The notes under the pieces were generated by a model. That model saw only the letters and a list, made by a program, of their open reading frames with translations. It had not been told where the DNA came from and did no database searches. A stretch of 64,000 nt of DNA, taken from the IMG/VR virus record IMGVR_UViG_3300013120_000767, positions 62,001 through 126,000 of that record. One strand, written 5' to 3'. Shown here piece after piece: positions 38,451-47,416 of this stretch. The DNA is from an uncultured virus (IMG/VR IMGVR_UViG_3300013120_000767) (lineage: Duplodnaviria > Heunggongvirae > Uroviricota > Caudoviricetes). The position numbers and the translations under genes were made by a program. How positions within the stretch are numbered: position 1 is the stretch's first letter; every line of letters begins with the position of its first letter.

Positions 38451-38775
38451 TTTTCCTTGCCTCCTGCGCAAGTAGGCGCCGTAGCTCGGCACGTTTCCGC
38501 TTGCGTTCTTTCAGCTTCCCTTGGAGCGCTGCAATGTCGCGCTCCACCCGTTCCAATACGTTTTGGGCTAAGGCGGCTTTGGTTGAGAAATACAGCTTCT
38601 CATTGTAGGCGTGGAACCGTTTTCCGGGTCCCTGCACTGGGCAACAAACCATTTGCTGATAGCCGATGCCGACGTTGCAGGGGTCGCTGAGAACCTCCCC
38701 CGACCGTAACTCTTCCCGGTTCCGCCAGTGCAGGATCATTCCTTTTTTGATGGGTACTCCGTCGGCGGTATTCAA
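38443..38775 (-). CDS. Hypothetical protein
   Basis: Coupled in the early-gene array; C-terminal coiled coil. Confidence 0.55.
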   Translation of the reverse strand: MNTADGVPIKKGMILHWRNREELRSGEVLSDPCNVGIGYQQMVCCPVQGPGKRFHAYNEKLYFSTKAALAQNVLERVERDIAALQGKLKERKRKRAELRRLLAQEARKNA

Positions 38776-39428
38776 GCTGGCCAGAAACCCCAATGGCCGA
38801 GCGCGTCCCGCCCGAATTTGAAGCCGGTGGGGGCGTGCTTGTCCATGACCTCCTTGAGGTTCTCGAGGAGCTGTTTGGGCTCGTCCGAGTCCCACCAGGG
38901 GTGGTCGGTCGGGATTTCCTTGGGGTGCCTCCCCCTCAGTCCTTCCGGGATGTGCGGGCTGCTCAATTCGTAGAGCTTGTCGACTATAGCGCAGAGCAGC
39001 GCCCATTCGTCGGAGGAATCCAAGACGTCCTCGAAGGGCTCGGCGGTTGCCACTTCTTCCCCTTTCCCGCATTTCGCAACGAGAGCAACCGCAAAGTCGC
39101 AGTCGCCGGAGGGTTCGAAGGTCCCCTTTTGTGCTCTGCTCAGGGCTACCTGTTCGGCGTCGTTTGGGTTCTTAGCTTGGACCCCAATGGTGGTGACGTG
39201 GTATGAGGTCCTGTTGATGACCACATCGAAGAATGGCATACCTGTGGGCGGCTCTTTCCCGGTTACGAAGCCCAGGGCCTGGGCGGCGATGGGGTCGCCC
39301 CCTTCCGCCAGGCGCAGGACAGCGTCGTAAAGCGTCCGGAAGGCTCCTGGTTTCAGGAGCCTGGGATGTACGCCTTCGCAGGCACTTCGGAGCTTCTCGG
39401 TGTCTTCGAGGGGGACTTTATCCTTCAT
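38772..39428 (-). CDS. Hypothetical modular protein
   Basis: RBS GGAGGAG; C-terminal 'MDKHAPTGFKFG..GHWGFW'. Confidence 0.7.
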   Translation of the reverse strand: MKDKVPLEDTEKLRSACEGVHPRLLKPGAFRTLYDAVLRLAEGGDPIAAQALGFVTGKEPPTGMPFFDVVINRTSYHVTTIGVQAKNPNDAEQVALSRAQKGTFEPSGDCDFAVALVAKCGKGEEVATAEPFEDVLDSSDEWALLCAIVDKLYELSSPHIPEGLRGRHPKEIPTDHPWWDSDEPKQLLENLKEVMDKHAPTGFKFGRDALGHWGFWPA

Positions 39429-39780
39429 TGTACTCCTCCACGGCGTTGAACTTCGCGCCGGCGGAACGCAGCCCGTCTAGGAGGTCGGTGCCGTTCTCCA
39501 CCAGTAAATCAATTGTCTTGCCAAGGTGTGCGGGGGCTCTCCCCCACTTGTGCGCCCTAACGAGGGCAAGCAGCCCCAAAGCTTGGTGTAGGAAGCACGC
39601 CAGGGTGGGGGCGTTTGCCATCAATTCGCCGATGGCTGCCAGGTCCCTCCCGCTACGGCACCTCCCTTCGTCGTCTTGGGTGACGAGCTCAGCGAGATAG
39701 TTGCCGCCGTCGTCGAGAACCCACTTGTGCGGCCCCACCCCATCCTGGCGCCAGTTTTCCTGGTCAACTCTCACAGTCAT
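39418..39780 (-). CDS. Hypothetical protein
   Basis: RBS GAGGAGG; 'GELMANAPTL'. Confidence 0.6.
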   Translation of the reverse strand: MTVRVDQENWRQDGVGPHKWVLDDGGNYLAELVTQDDEGRCRSGRDLAAIGELMANAPTLACFLHQALGLLALVRAHKWGRAPAHLGKTIDLLVENGTDLLDGLRSAGAKFNAVEEYNEG

Positions 39781-40771
39781 CGTTTTCCTCCTCGAACAGC
39801 CCCCTCCCGGCGGAGTACACCAGCGTGTCGGTCTCCACACTCCAGTACGGGTAAGGGCACTCCTCGTCTTCGAACCAGCTTTTGTCCAGGCAGTACGCCT
39901 TCAGCTTGCCGGGTTGGGTGGTGAGGTACCCTGCGCAAGGTGCGCATGGTGAGCACTCTCCGCACATTGTGTAGACTGCGGACTTCAGGACGAGGATGTC
40001 CCCGTCTGCACACAACCGAACCGAGAGCCCTTCTTCAGGCGTGTCCCACTGGTAGGAGCTACCCTGGGACTCGTAGTGCTCCCCCAGGACTCCCACTTGT
40101 TCTTCGACCTCGTCTGCGACGAGCTCCCGGAGGGCCAAATCAAAGCCTTCCATGACCTTCTGAGCGAAGGTCGGGATGTCCTCGATGGGGGCCATGTCCG
40201 TGTCTAGCTTCTGGGTGAGCATGTCGGCGATGTACTCGGTGGCCTGCTCCCGGAACGCCAGGCAGTCGAAGGCCCGGGTGAGAATCCGGGTGAGGTGGTC
40301 GGCGACTTCCTCTTGCCAGGCCTTGTAGTTGAGGTCATCACCGTTGGTGACGATTTCGTCGACGGATTCCGGGTCCAGCTGGTTGGAGTGGATCACTCCG
40401 TAGTGGATGCCGGTTTCCGGATCGATGTTGGGCGGCGCTTCCCCGGTCATGGCGCAAGCGGCCCTGACGGCTTGGGTGTGGGTGCCTTCGAGCGGCGGCT
40501 GATTCCCCATTGTGTCGGGAAGGGAGCGCTCTTCCTCAGCGTTCTCTAAGTCCCGCAAATCCTCTCGGCATTTGGCGCAGCATGTCTGACTATGATAGCC
40601 ATTCTTTACCATGTCATCCACGTCGATCAGTTCTCCTTCAGTAGCCAGTCGGGTGTAGAGCTCAATAGGCGATCCGCCCAGGGAGACGATGAGGAGAATT
40701 CCGCCATCAGTGGTGAATTCCTGCCCACAATTCGGGCAGGTGATGAGGCTGTAGCTGTATGTGTAGGTCAA
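39764..40771 (-). CDS. Hypothetical protein with zinc-binding motifs
   Basis: CPNC/CAKC N-terminus; 'NIDPETGIHYGVI'; 'CSPCAP.AG'. Confidence 0.65.
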   Translation of the reverse strand: MTYTYSYSLITCPNCGQEFTTDGGILLIVSLGGSPIELYTRLATEGELIDVDDMVKNGYHSQTCCAKCREDLRDLENAEEERSLPDTMGNQPPLEGTHTQAVRAACAMTGEAPPNIDPETGIHYGVIHSNQLDPESVDEIVTNGDDLNYKAWQEEVADHLTRILTRAFDCLAFREQATEYIADMLTQKLDTDMAPIEDIPTFAQKVMEGFDLALRELVADEVEEQVGVLGEHYESQGSSYQWDTPEEGLSVRLCADGDILVLKSAVYTMCGECSPCAPCAGYLTTQPGKLKAYCLDKSWFEDEECPYPYWSVETDTLVYSAGRGLFEEENDDCES

Positions 40772-40775
40772 GTTG

Positions 40776-41039
40776 TCACTCCCTGTAGGTGTCGTAGACT
40801 TCAACCTCGAAGAGGTCCCTTTCGCCCTTGGAGAGGACGATGGCGCCATGCTCTTCCACAAAGTCGTGGAGATCAGGTATGTCCAGGACCCACCTGTGCG
40901 TCCCGATCTCGCTACAGATTGGGCAAGGGCCGAACCCCTCCTTGAGGAAGGCTCCGGCTATCGGTGGCGTGTCTGCGAGTTCTTGGTAGGTGTCAAAGTA
41001 CAGCACGTCATAGCTTGTTCTTGTGATCAGGTAGAGCAT
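40776..41039 (-). CDS. Hypothetical protein
   Basis: RBS AGGAGG; C-terminal 'VEVYDTYRE'. Confidence 0.65.
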   Translation of the reverse strand: MLYLITRTSYDVLYFDTYQELADTPPIAGAFLKEGFGPCPICSEIGTHRWVLDIPDLHDFVEEHGAIVLSKGERDLFEVEVYDTYRE

Positions 41040-41049
41040 TAGTTCCTCC

Positions 41050-41205
41050 TTAGTCGTCCCAGAAGGGGCCGATGTACGTATGACAGGGCGTAAAACCTCT
41101 TGCCTTGAAGATCGGCTCTAGGTCGGTGAATTCCCCCTCTTCCGGTGGGAGAAGCACGATTGCGAATCCCGGGCCGTCGATGGGCTGTAGGATGATTGCT
41201 TTCAT
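41050..41205 (-). CDS. Small hypothetical protein (not in ORF track)
   Basis: MKAIILQPIDGPGFAIVLL..; ATGA-coupled to the upstream gene. Confidence 0.5.
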   Translation of the reverse strand: MKAIILQPIDGPGFAIVLLPPEEGEFTDLEPIFKARGFTPCHTYIGPFWDD

Positions 41206-41597
41206 GCGGCCCCCTCGGCCTCGATGAGGGCCAAAATACCGTCTATGGTTAGGAGGGCCTCTTGTAGGCGGGCCGTTGCTTCTTCCCCGGCTCCGGGTTC
41301 CCGTGAGGCCGCCACGAGGCGATCCAGCGCCTGACAGACCAAGCTGAAGGCAAGCCGGTTCGACATTTCGCTATCGAAGAGGTGAGAGACGTCTTTGCCA
41401 TCTCTGTGGATCGAGACGACGTCCTCAATGTGGTACTCCTGGGATGCTACCTCCCCGAGATTTTCCTCGATTACGCCATCGTCAGTGAAATCTTGAGCGA
41501 GGACGCGGTCTACTGCTTCTTTCAGTGAGGCGCACTCGATGCTGTAGGTATCGTAGCATCGGGCGCCGAGTACGAGGGTGAATTTGGGCATGTTCAA
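41202..41597 (-). CDS. Hypothetical protein
   Basis: RBS AAGGAGG. Confidence 0.6.
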   Translation of the reverse strand: MNMPKFTLVLGARCYDTYSIECASLKEAVDRVLAQDFTDDGVIEENLGEVASQEYHIEDVVSIHRDGKDVSHLFDSEMSNRLAFSLVCQALDRLVAASREPGAGEEATARLQEALLTIDGILALIEAEGAA

Positions 41598-41676
41598 TCC
41601 TCCTTGCTTTCCCAGTAGTGGCGATCAGCAGCCTCTTGGCAACTGTCCAGTATCCTAATTTGCCACAACAGGAGCC

Positions 41677-41979
41677 TCATTCCGTGCTCCTTAATCGTTC
41701 GTCCCAGCAGCATTCGTCCCCCACCCATTTCCCTCGATGAAGATGGGCAGTGTCGGCGGGGGTCCAGTTTCCGCACAAGGAACAATTCACGGCGTCTACC
41801 CCTGTTCCATCGTGGTCGATGCTGTCAACTTCGTAGTCGGAGCCATCGCTGGGGCCCCAGTTGTGGTCATAGGCATCAGCTGTGGCCTTGGCTTCTGCCT
41901 CCGTCGGAGAATCCGCCTCGACCTCGAACAGACGGGTCTCGTATGCTGTTCTTGTAATAATTACGTAGTAGGTTGGCAT
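41677..41979 (-). CDS. Hypothetical modular protein with C-terminal Cys/His domain
   Basis: C-terminus shared with 42643..42978. Confidence 0.7.
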   Translation of the reverse strand: MPTYYVIITRTAYETRLFEVEADSPTEAEAKATADAYDHNWGPSDGSDYEVDSIDHDGTGVDAVNCSLCGNWTPADTAHLHRGKWVGDECCWDERLRSTE

Positions 41980-42192
41980 TTACTCCTCCTGTGGTTTTGG
42001 TGCACCGCAATTAGCGCATACCTCCTCTTCTTCGAGGTTGAAATAGTGACAGGGGCCGACCTGTTCGATCTCCTCAGTGCATTCCCAAAGGAGCCCGGCT
42101 CTTAGGGCCAGGTCCATCAGCAGGATTCCGTAGTCCCAGTCCCTATTGCAGGCAGCGAAGAGGCGGGTGAGCATAGAAGGTTTTTTATCCAT
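41980..42192 (-). CDS. Small zinc-binding protein
   Basis: 'WEC..CH..CANCG'. Confidence 0.6.
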   Translation of the reverse strand: MDKKPSMLTRLFAACNRDWDYGILLMDLALRAGLLWECTEEIEQVGPCHYFNLEEEEVCANCGAPKPQEE

Positions 42193-42646
42193 CAGGTTCC
42201 TCCAGTTCGATCCAGGGCAGCTTCTTGTTATGCGGCTCGCCGATGTAGATGTGGTCGGTAAAGAAGCGGGTGCCGCAGTACTTCAGGAACCCCGTCCAAT
42301 TGAATCTCCTGGGCATGACGTTGAGGGACATAGTGCTTTGGGCGTGAGCTTCTTGTTCCTCTGCCCCCTCGACCAGTTGTCCATCTTCGCAGTAATCGCT
42401 TGGGTCTACGCCTGCGATGAGCGAGGGCTCCCAGTGGGCGGCAGATATCCCGTAGATGTGGTCTTCTGCCTGCGTCTCACAGAGCAGCTTCTGCATTCTA
42501 CGCAGCAAGGCGAGGAGTTTGGGGGTGACTTCCACCTTCGCTATTGTAGGGAAGTCCTCTTCAACGTATTCGGTTTCGTGGTGTACTGCTAAGATGATTG
42601 TTCTCAAACGTTCCTCCGTGTTGACGTACATTGATGTGAAGCTCAC
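42185..42646 (-). CDS. Hypothetical protein
   Basis: Coupled in the array. Confidence 0.55.
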   Translation of the reverse strand: MSFTSMYVNTEERLRTIILAVHHETEYVEEDFPTIAKVEVTPKLLALLRRMQKLLCETQAEDHIYGISAAHWEPSLIAGVDPSDYCEDGQLVEGAEEQEAHAQSTMSLNVMPRRFNWTGFLKYCGTRFFTDHIYIGEPHNKKLPWIELEEPDG

Positions 42647-42978
42647 TCTGTGCTTCTCAGTCGTTCATCCCAGCAGCACTGGTCCCCCACCCAGCCCCCA
42701 TCGTGGAGGTGGGCGGTATCGGAGGGGGTTTGCTCGTGGCAGAATTTGCATGTGACGGTGTCTTCGATCACAACGATGTCCTCGAGGAGCACGGTCTTTT
42801 GGCAGTTGTCACACATGTAGTCCACGTCGGTCACTTGTTCGTACTTGATGATTGGGTCACCGGCCTCGTACCAGTTGTCTTCGGCAGTGATTCCAAGCAG
42901 GGGGAACCAGCGGCGGGTCTTCTCGCAGACTAGGATCTTGCCTTCCGTCCCGCAGTGGGGACATCTCAGGATTTGCAT
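42643..42978 (-). CDS. Zinc-ribbon protein with the shared C-terminal Cys/His domain
   Basis: RBS GAGGAGG; CPHC..CDNC, then 'CKFC..AHLH..CCWDERLRSTE'. Confidence 0.7.
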   Translation of the reverse strand: MQILRCPHCGTEGKILVCEKTRRWFPLLGITAEDNWYEAGDPIIKYEQVTDVDYMCDNCQKTVLLEDIVVIEDTVTCKFCHEQTPSDTAHLHDGGWVGDQCCWDERLRSTE

Positions 42979-43025
42979 CTGTTCCTCCTCTTCCGGGCGG
43001 TTGTGGTGCTCCAGTTCTCCACTCA

Positions 43026-43946
43026 TTACCAGCCAAAGGTTCCCAGGGAGGTAACAATGGGCCCATCCCGGTCCATGACCAGTAGCTTTGCGCCGTAGGC
43101 TGTAGCCGTGCGAACCAGCCATACCAGGTTGTTCGAACAGCTCATCTCAAGCAGCTCCTCGACGAAGTCATTGAGGTATCTTGCGGGGGGTAGCGTAATA
43201 GCGTAGCCCGTGTAGAACTCAATGACCCTCCCTTCGTCTGGGTTTCGTGCCATGCGTTGGAGGGCTACGTCATCCTTTTTCGTGATGTGGGCTGTGCTCA
43301 CATCTAGAAATTCCCTGAATGTAAGAGAGTGGTGGAGTAGCTCTTCCCTTGTAGCCCGCGGGGAGATAGCTTCCGGCCACCTTAGACCATCCACGGTAGT
43401 GCGGATTGCTTGGCGCACGGCTTGGATGTTGACTTCGATTCCATCCCCGAATGCCGCACGAAGGGCGGCGAGAATGGCCGCAGCGCAAATATCCTTCGGG
43501 ATCAGCTTGGAGACGAATGTGTACTTGTATCCGTGCATCCCGTCCCATGTATGCAGGCCGCCGAGAAGAGGCCGCAGCGCCTCGTCAACTTCGTTGGGCG
43601 GATGGGCTCCGCTTATCTGGATGATGTAGTATTGGGTTTCCTTGAGCTTCTCGATCTCCCAGGGGGGAGTGAGCCCATTGCGGCGTAGTCGAGCAGCAAA
43701 GCTCGCTTTGCGGCTGTGCTCAGTGACTCGTTGGGTGACATCCATCAGGGCTTTGCGGACGCCTTGGGTGGTATCCTTGTCCCACCGGATTCCTTGTTTG
43801 TCAGTGGCCCAGTGGATTACTTCCCCCGATTCCTGATCCACAATTCGGCCAGACATGCGAATGGGGATATGAGGGCGCTCCTTGTGATACAATGTCTTGT
43901 CGACGTAGATGAAAAAACCGTCGACGTCGGTTACGCGGTTCTTCAC
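43026..43946 (-). CDS. Hypothetical protein with C-terminal DUF5983-like domain
   Basis: 'FLDVSTAHIT..D..MDRDGP..LGTFGW'. Confidence 0.6.
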   Translation of the reverse strand: MKNRVTDVDGFFIYVDKTLYHKERPHIPIRMSGRIVDQESGEVIHWATDKQGIRWDKDTTQGVRKALMDVTQRVTEHSRKASFAARLRRNGLTPPWEIEKLKETQYYIIQISGAHPPNEVDEALRPLLGGLHTWDGMHGYKYTFVSKLIPKDICAAAILAALRAAFGDGIEVNIQAVRQAIRTTVDGLRWPEAISPRATREELLHHSLTFREFLDVSTAHITKKDDVALQRMARNPDEGRVIEFYTGYAITLPPARYLNDFVEELLEMSCSNNLVWLVRTATAYGAKLLVMDRDGPIVTSLGTFGW

Positions 43947-44716
43947 AGTTTCTCCTCTGCTTCCCAGGGGAAGATGATGATGTCGGACCACCACGTGGTT
44001 GCCTCCTCCACTTTGGGGGCGGCGGCTGAGAGGTCTCGCGGCGGGTCGAACAGAATCCAGCCTTCGTCAGCTACCCAGCGGGCGAGCTCGACGTCTCCGT
44101 CCGGCGGGAGCCGGAGTGTGGTGTAGGTCTGTTGCACGAACTCGTAGGGACCGTAGTTCTTGCTGAAGCGGGCCTCCGATCCGCACTCGAAGCGGACCCC
44201 TATCATGGGGGTTCTCCCGGAGGGTAGGGAGGCGACCATTCCCTGTGTTTTGGCGTCTTTGCCGGAAGACAGGGGCACTACCTCTTTGCTCTCGAGAGTG
44301 TGCACCAGTATCTCCTGTGTCTCCACGTTGTAGCTGGTGCCTCGGACTCGCAGAGAGCAGACCTCCGTCAGCGCTTCATGGGGAGCGAGCAGCTCGACGT
44401 TCCAGTAGGGATCGCACCAGCCGTTGTCCCAGCGCCGCAAGGAGTCCTCGTCAGTGTCAACGACCCTGACCACGCAGGGGGGGTCGCATTGGATGCCCAC
44501 GCCGTTATCGCCTCTGTAACCGTAGACGGTGGCGGCCAGGAAGGTTTTCCCGACAACCGCCCGAAAATCGGCCCGGACTTTCTCTTTGACGTTGTCCTTT
44601 GTAGTCCTCTGTGGGTTGGCTGCGAGCGCCTCTTCCTCGCGCAGTTCCCGAAAGGCTGGGAGGGAGAAGATGGCTTCGAGTATCTCCCGACACATTTGGT
44701 TTTTGTCCTTGGTCAT
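43943..44716 (-). CDS. Hypothetical protein
   Basis: RBS AAGGAG. Confidence 0.65.
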   Translation of the reverse strand: MTKDKNQMCREILEAIFSLPAFRELREEEALAANPQRTTKDNVKEKVRADFRAVVGKTFLAATVYGYRGDNGVGIQCDPPCVVRVVDTDEDSLRRWDNGWCDPYWNVELLAPHEALTEVCSLRVRGTSYNVETQEILVHTLESKEVVPLSSGKDAKTQGMVASLPSGRTPMIGVRFECGSEARFSKNYGPYEFVQQTYTTLRLPPDGDVELARWVADEGWILFDPPRDLSAAAPKVEEATTWWSDIIIFPWEAEEKL

Positions 44717-44937
44717 GGCGTCTCCTTTTTTCTTCTGAGGCTGCGCAGGAGGGAGTACACCCTCCAGGGCATCCTCAGTGTCAATGTCCGGTCTCGGTAA
44801 CGGATAAAGGCGAGAGGGGAATGGGAGGAGGTGCCAAGGTTCACTCCGACCCTCCCCTTTTCCCCGTTGTCATCAGTGAGGGCTACACTATACGTGTGCC
44901 CTATGCCGGTGTCCCGGCGCTCGTAGGTTGCCTGCAT
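44713..44937 (-). CDS. Small hypothetical protein
   Basis: RBS GAGGAG; coupled. Confidence 0.55.
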   Translation of the reverse strand: MQATYERRDTGIGHTYSVALTDDNGEKGRVGVNLGTSSHSPLAFIRYRDRTLTLRMPWRVYSLLRSLRRKKETP

Positions 44938-45162
44938 TTAGTTCTCCTCTTTGTCTTCGAGGTGGGTGTTGTAGTACGCCCGCAAAGCTGCTCGAGCTTC
45001 TGCGTTCGTGTTGAACACTCCGCGGGAGCGGGCCCATACTTCGTCCCAAAATACCCACCCACCTGCTTCGAGCTCGCGTACAGGGTCATACGGGCTCTTG
45101 TGGGCTTTTTCTCTTCCGTGTGAGTGTTTCCAGGAGAGGGCCTTTGGGGGTTTGTCAATCAC
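44938..45162 (-). CDS. Small hypothetical protein
   Basis: 'WVFWDEVW..G.F.T..EA..AL..Y'. Confidence 0.6.
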   Translation of the reverse strand: MIDKPPKALSWKHSHGREKAHKSPYDPVRELEAGGWVFWDEVWARSRGVFNTNAEARAALRAYYNTHLEDKEEN

Positions 45163-45944
45163 GCTGTTTTCCTCTTCGGCACCGCTGCGGCATTCCCGGC
45201 GATGCCCAGCCGGCGGTAGAAGTACTTCCGGATGGCCGACACGTAGACGGCCTCAACCGAGTCCATGGCGTAGAAGGGGCACCCCAGCTCGGCCTGCTTC
45301 CCCCAGAACTTGGCTAATGGCCACATGTAGATGCCGTGGAAGGCACCTTTCTCTTTGAGGGCGTTGACCAGCAGGGAGGGGACAAAGTACTCATCGTCCA
45401 GGTGGCTCAGGAGGTGGTCGCTACTGACCTTGTCGCCGAGGTTCTCCCCGCTGTCGGCATCTTGCATTTGACAGAAGAAGCAATCCCCCGTCCCGGGGGC
45501 CGGGATGTTGCCGGCGAGCATCTCCGCTACGAACTTCCTGGCGTAGGCGTCCACTTTTTTCTTCAGGGCAGCCATCTTCTTCTGCGACGGCCCCTTGGGG
45601 ATGCAGAGGCCCCCTTTGGGCCCAATGCGGGCCCCGTCCTGGAACAGCTTCTTGTTGCCGCCCCCCCAGCCTTTGCCGATGTACCAGACGCTCTTTTGGG
45701 ACCAGATGCAGAGGCCCGGCGGAAGATAGTCGTCCATCCAGCGCTTGGTAGTGACAGTTCGCCAGCCGCCGGAGTCGAGCACCATGCTCCCGTCCGGGTA
45801 GAACTGGATGATGTCGGTGTTGTGTAGCCGCAAAGCGAGGTGGTCGCCCCGGTCGTGAACCGTGACGTTCTTGGAGATGCGGGCGTAGGGTTTCCTGGCC
45901 CGCTTCAGTCGGCCAATCATTTCTTGGTAGTTTGTTGCGCTCAA
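45159..45944 (-). CDS. Hypothetical phage early protein
   Basis: 'LRLHNTDII..DGS..LDSGGWRTVTTKRWM'. Confidence 0.7.
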   Translation of the reverse strand: MSATNYQEMIGRLKRARKPYARISKNVTVHDRGDHLALRLHNTDIIQFYPDGSMVLDSGGWRTVTTKRWMDDYLPPGLCIWSQKSVWYIGKGWGGGNKKLFQDGARIGPKGGLCIPKGPSQKKMAALKKKVDAYARKFVAEMLAGNIPAPGTGDCFFCQMQDADSGENLGDKVSSDHLLSHLDDEYFVPSLLVNALKEKGAFHGIYMWPLAKFWGKQAELGCPFYAMDSVEAVYVSAIRKYFYRRLGIAGNAAAVPKRKTA

Positions 45945-46189
45945 AGGTTTCTCCCCTCAATCATGTCGGAGACGCCGTCGTAGAGATAGCGGTAGGCATT
46001 AATTAGTTGCTGCATCTTACTTCCCTCCAGGTTCTCCGAAGTCAACTATAGGCACCAGGCGCAGAGTGACTCCGGTATCAGTGACTTGAATCTCTATTTT
46101 GTAGAAGTCATCGGGCTCCAGAATCACAGTCCCGCCTTTGCACCGAGAAGCCACCGACTTGAGTCGGTGGAGGGATAGGCGCTTTCCCC

Positions 46190-46218
46190 TTGACAAGCCA
46201 TTTGCGCATTTCTATCAT
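46190..46218 (+). promoter_or_regulatory. Sigma70 promoter of tnpB (probably leaderless mRNA)
   Basis: TTGACA-N17-TATCAT; ATG at 46226. Confidence 0.75.
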
Positions 46219-46225
46219 AGAATCG

Positions 46226-47350
46226 ATGAAGCTGGTTGCCAACATAAAACTTCTCCCGTCGCCAGAGCAGGCGGAAGCCTTGCGGGCAACCCTGGAACGC
46301 TCCAACGAAGCTTGCAACTGGATCAGCACTCAGGCATGGGAGCACAAGTGCTTTCAGGTCTATCGCCTCCAATCCGAAGTCTACCGTACAGCCAGGGAAC
46401 GGTTCGGTCTTTCGGCCCAAATGACTGTGCGGTGCGTCGGCAAGGTCGTTGATGCGTACAAGGTGTTCAAAGGCAAGCAGCGGGCTTTCCGCAAGCACTC
46501 CGCTCAGCCATACGACGACAGAATCTTCCGGTTCTGCAAGGAAGACACGGTGTCCATCTGGACGCTTGAAGGCAGGCAAAAGATTCCCTTCGTCTGCGGT
46601 GAGCATCAACGGGCCATGCTTTCTCACGCCCATGGACAAGTTGACCTCATGTTCGTTCGCGGCTCTTGGTACATCGGAGTTGTCTGCGACATCGATGATC
46701 CTGAAACCTTCTTTCCTGAGGGTGTTCTTGGGGTTGACCTCGGAATTGTCAATCTCGCCTGCGACAGCGATGGACGAAGCTACTCCGGGGAAGCCGTAGA
46801 GGACAACCGGCGCAAGTATCAGCATCGCCGCAAGAATCTTCAGAAGAATGGCAGCAAGGCGGCGAAACGGAAACTGAAGCAGGTGTCCGGCCGCCAAGCC
46901 AGATATCAGCGCGACGTAAACCATTGCATCAGCAAAGCAATCGTAGAGGAGGCGCAACGCTCCCGACGAGGAATTGCCCTGGAAGATCTCAAGGGCATCC
47001 GTGGCCGGGTACAGGCCAGAAAGCGCCAACGCAATCGATTGCACAACTGGAGCTTCGCCCAACTTCGGGCCTTCGTAGAGTACAAGGCCCGACGGGCTGG
47101 AGTTCCGGTATTCGTGGTTGACCCCCGCAACTCCAGTCGGGAGTGCCCCGACTGTGGGCACATCTCGAAGCGGAACCGACCCACGAGAGACTCGTTTTCG
47201 TGTCGGGCCTGTGGCCGTTCCGGCCCGGCCGACCACATCGCGGCGCTGAATTTGAGCGCCAGGGCCGCTGTCAACCGGCCGATGGTAGGGGGTGCGACCA
47301 TTCATGTTGCTCCTACCTACAAGCCCTCGACTTCAGTCGAGGGTTGTTGA
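46226..47350 (+). CDS. tnpB: TnpB RNA-guided endonuclease
   Basis: RuvC I GVDLG, RuvC II IALEDL, zinc finger CPDC..CRAC, RuvC III ADHIAALN; catalytic D-E-D intact. Confidence 0.95.
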   Translation: MKLVANIKLLPSPEQAEALRATLERSNEACNWISTQAWEHKCFQVYRLQSEVYRTARERFGLSAQMTVRCVGKVVDAYKVFKGKQRAFRKHSAQPYDDRIFRFCKEDTVSIWTLEGRQKIPFVCGEHQRAMLSHAHGQVDLMFVRGSWYIGVVCDIDDPETFFPEGVLGVDLGIVNLACDSDGRSYSGEAVEDNRRKYQHRRKNLQKNGSKAAKRKLKQVSGRQARYQRDVNHCISKAIVEEAQRSRRGIALEDLKGIRGRVQARKRQRNRLHNWSFAQLRAFVEYKARRAGVPVFVVDPRNSSRECPDCGHISKRNRPTRDSFSCRACGRSGPADHIAALNLSARAAVNRPMVGGATIHVAPTYKPSTSVEGC

Positions 47351-47416
47351 CTACGGTGTGGGTAGTACCGCTCAGGAGCCGAAGGTCCCCGCCCTTCAAG
47401 CGATTGTACAAGCTGC

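Larger units (their letters stand above)
46128..47351 (+). mobile_element. IS200/IS605-family TnpB-only element (IS1341-like)
   Basis: Left hairpin GAAG-CCACCGAC TTGA GTCGGTGG; right hairpin CAAG-CCCTCGAC TTCA GTCGAGGG ending TGAC; target TCAC at 46124-46127; no tnpA. Confidence 0.9.

Noticed and set aside
41677..42760. Duplicated segment as a DGR template/variable repeat pair
   Set aside because: Differences are not adenine-specific, both copies are coding, and no reverse transcriptase is in the window.
46128..47351. TnpB element as an IStron or Cas12 effector
   Set aside because: No room or motifs for a group I intron, it is antisense to the disrupted gene, and there is no CRISPR array.
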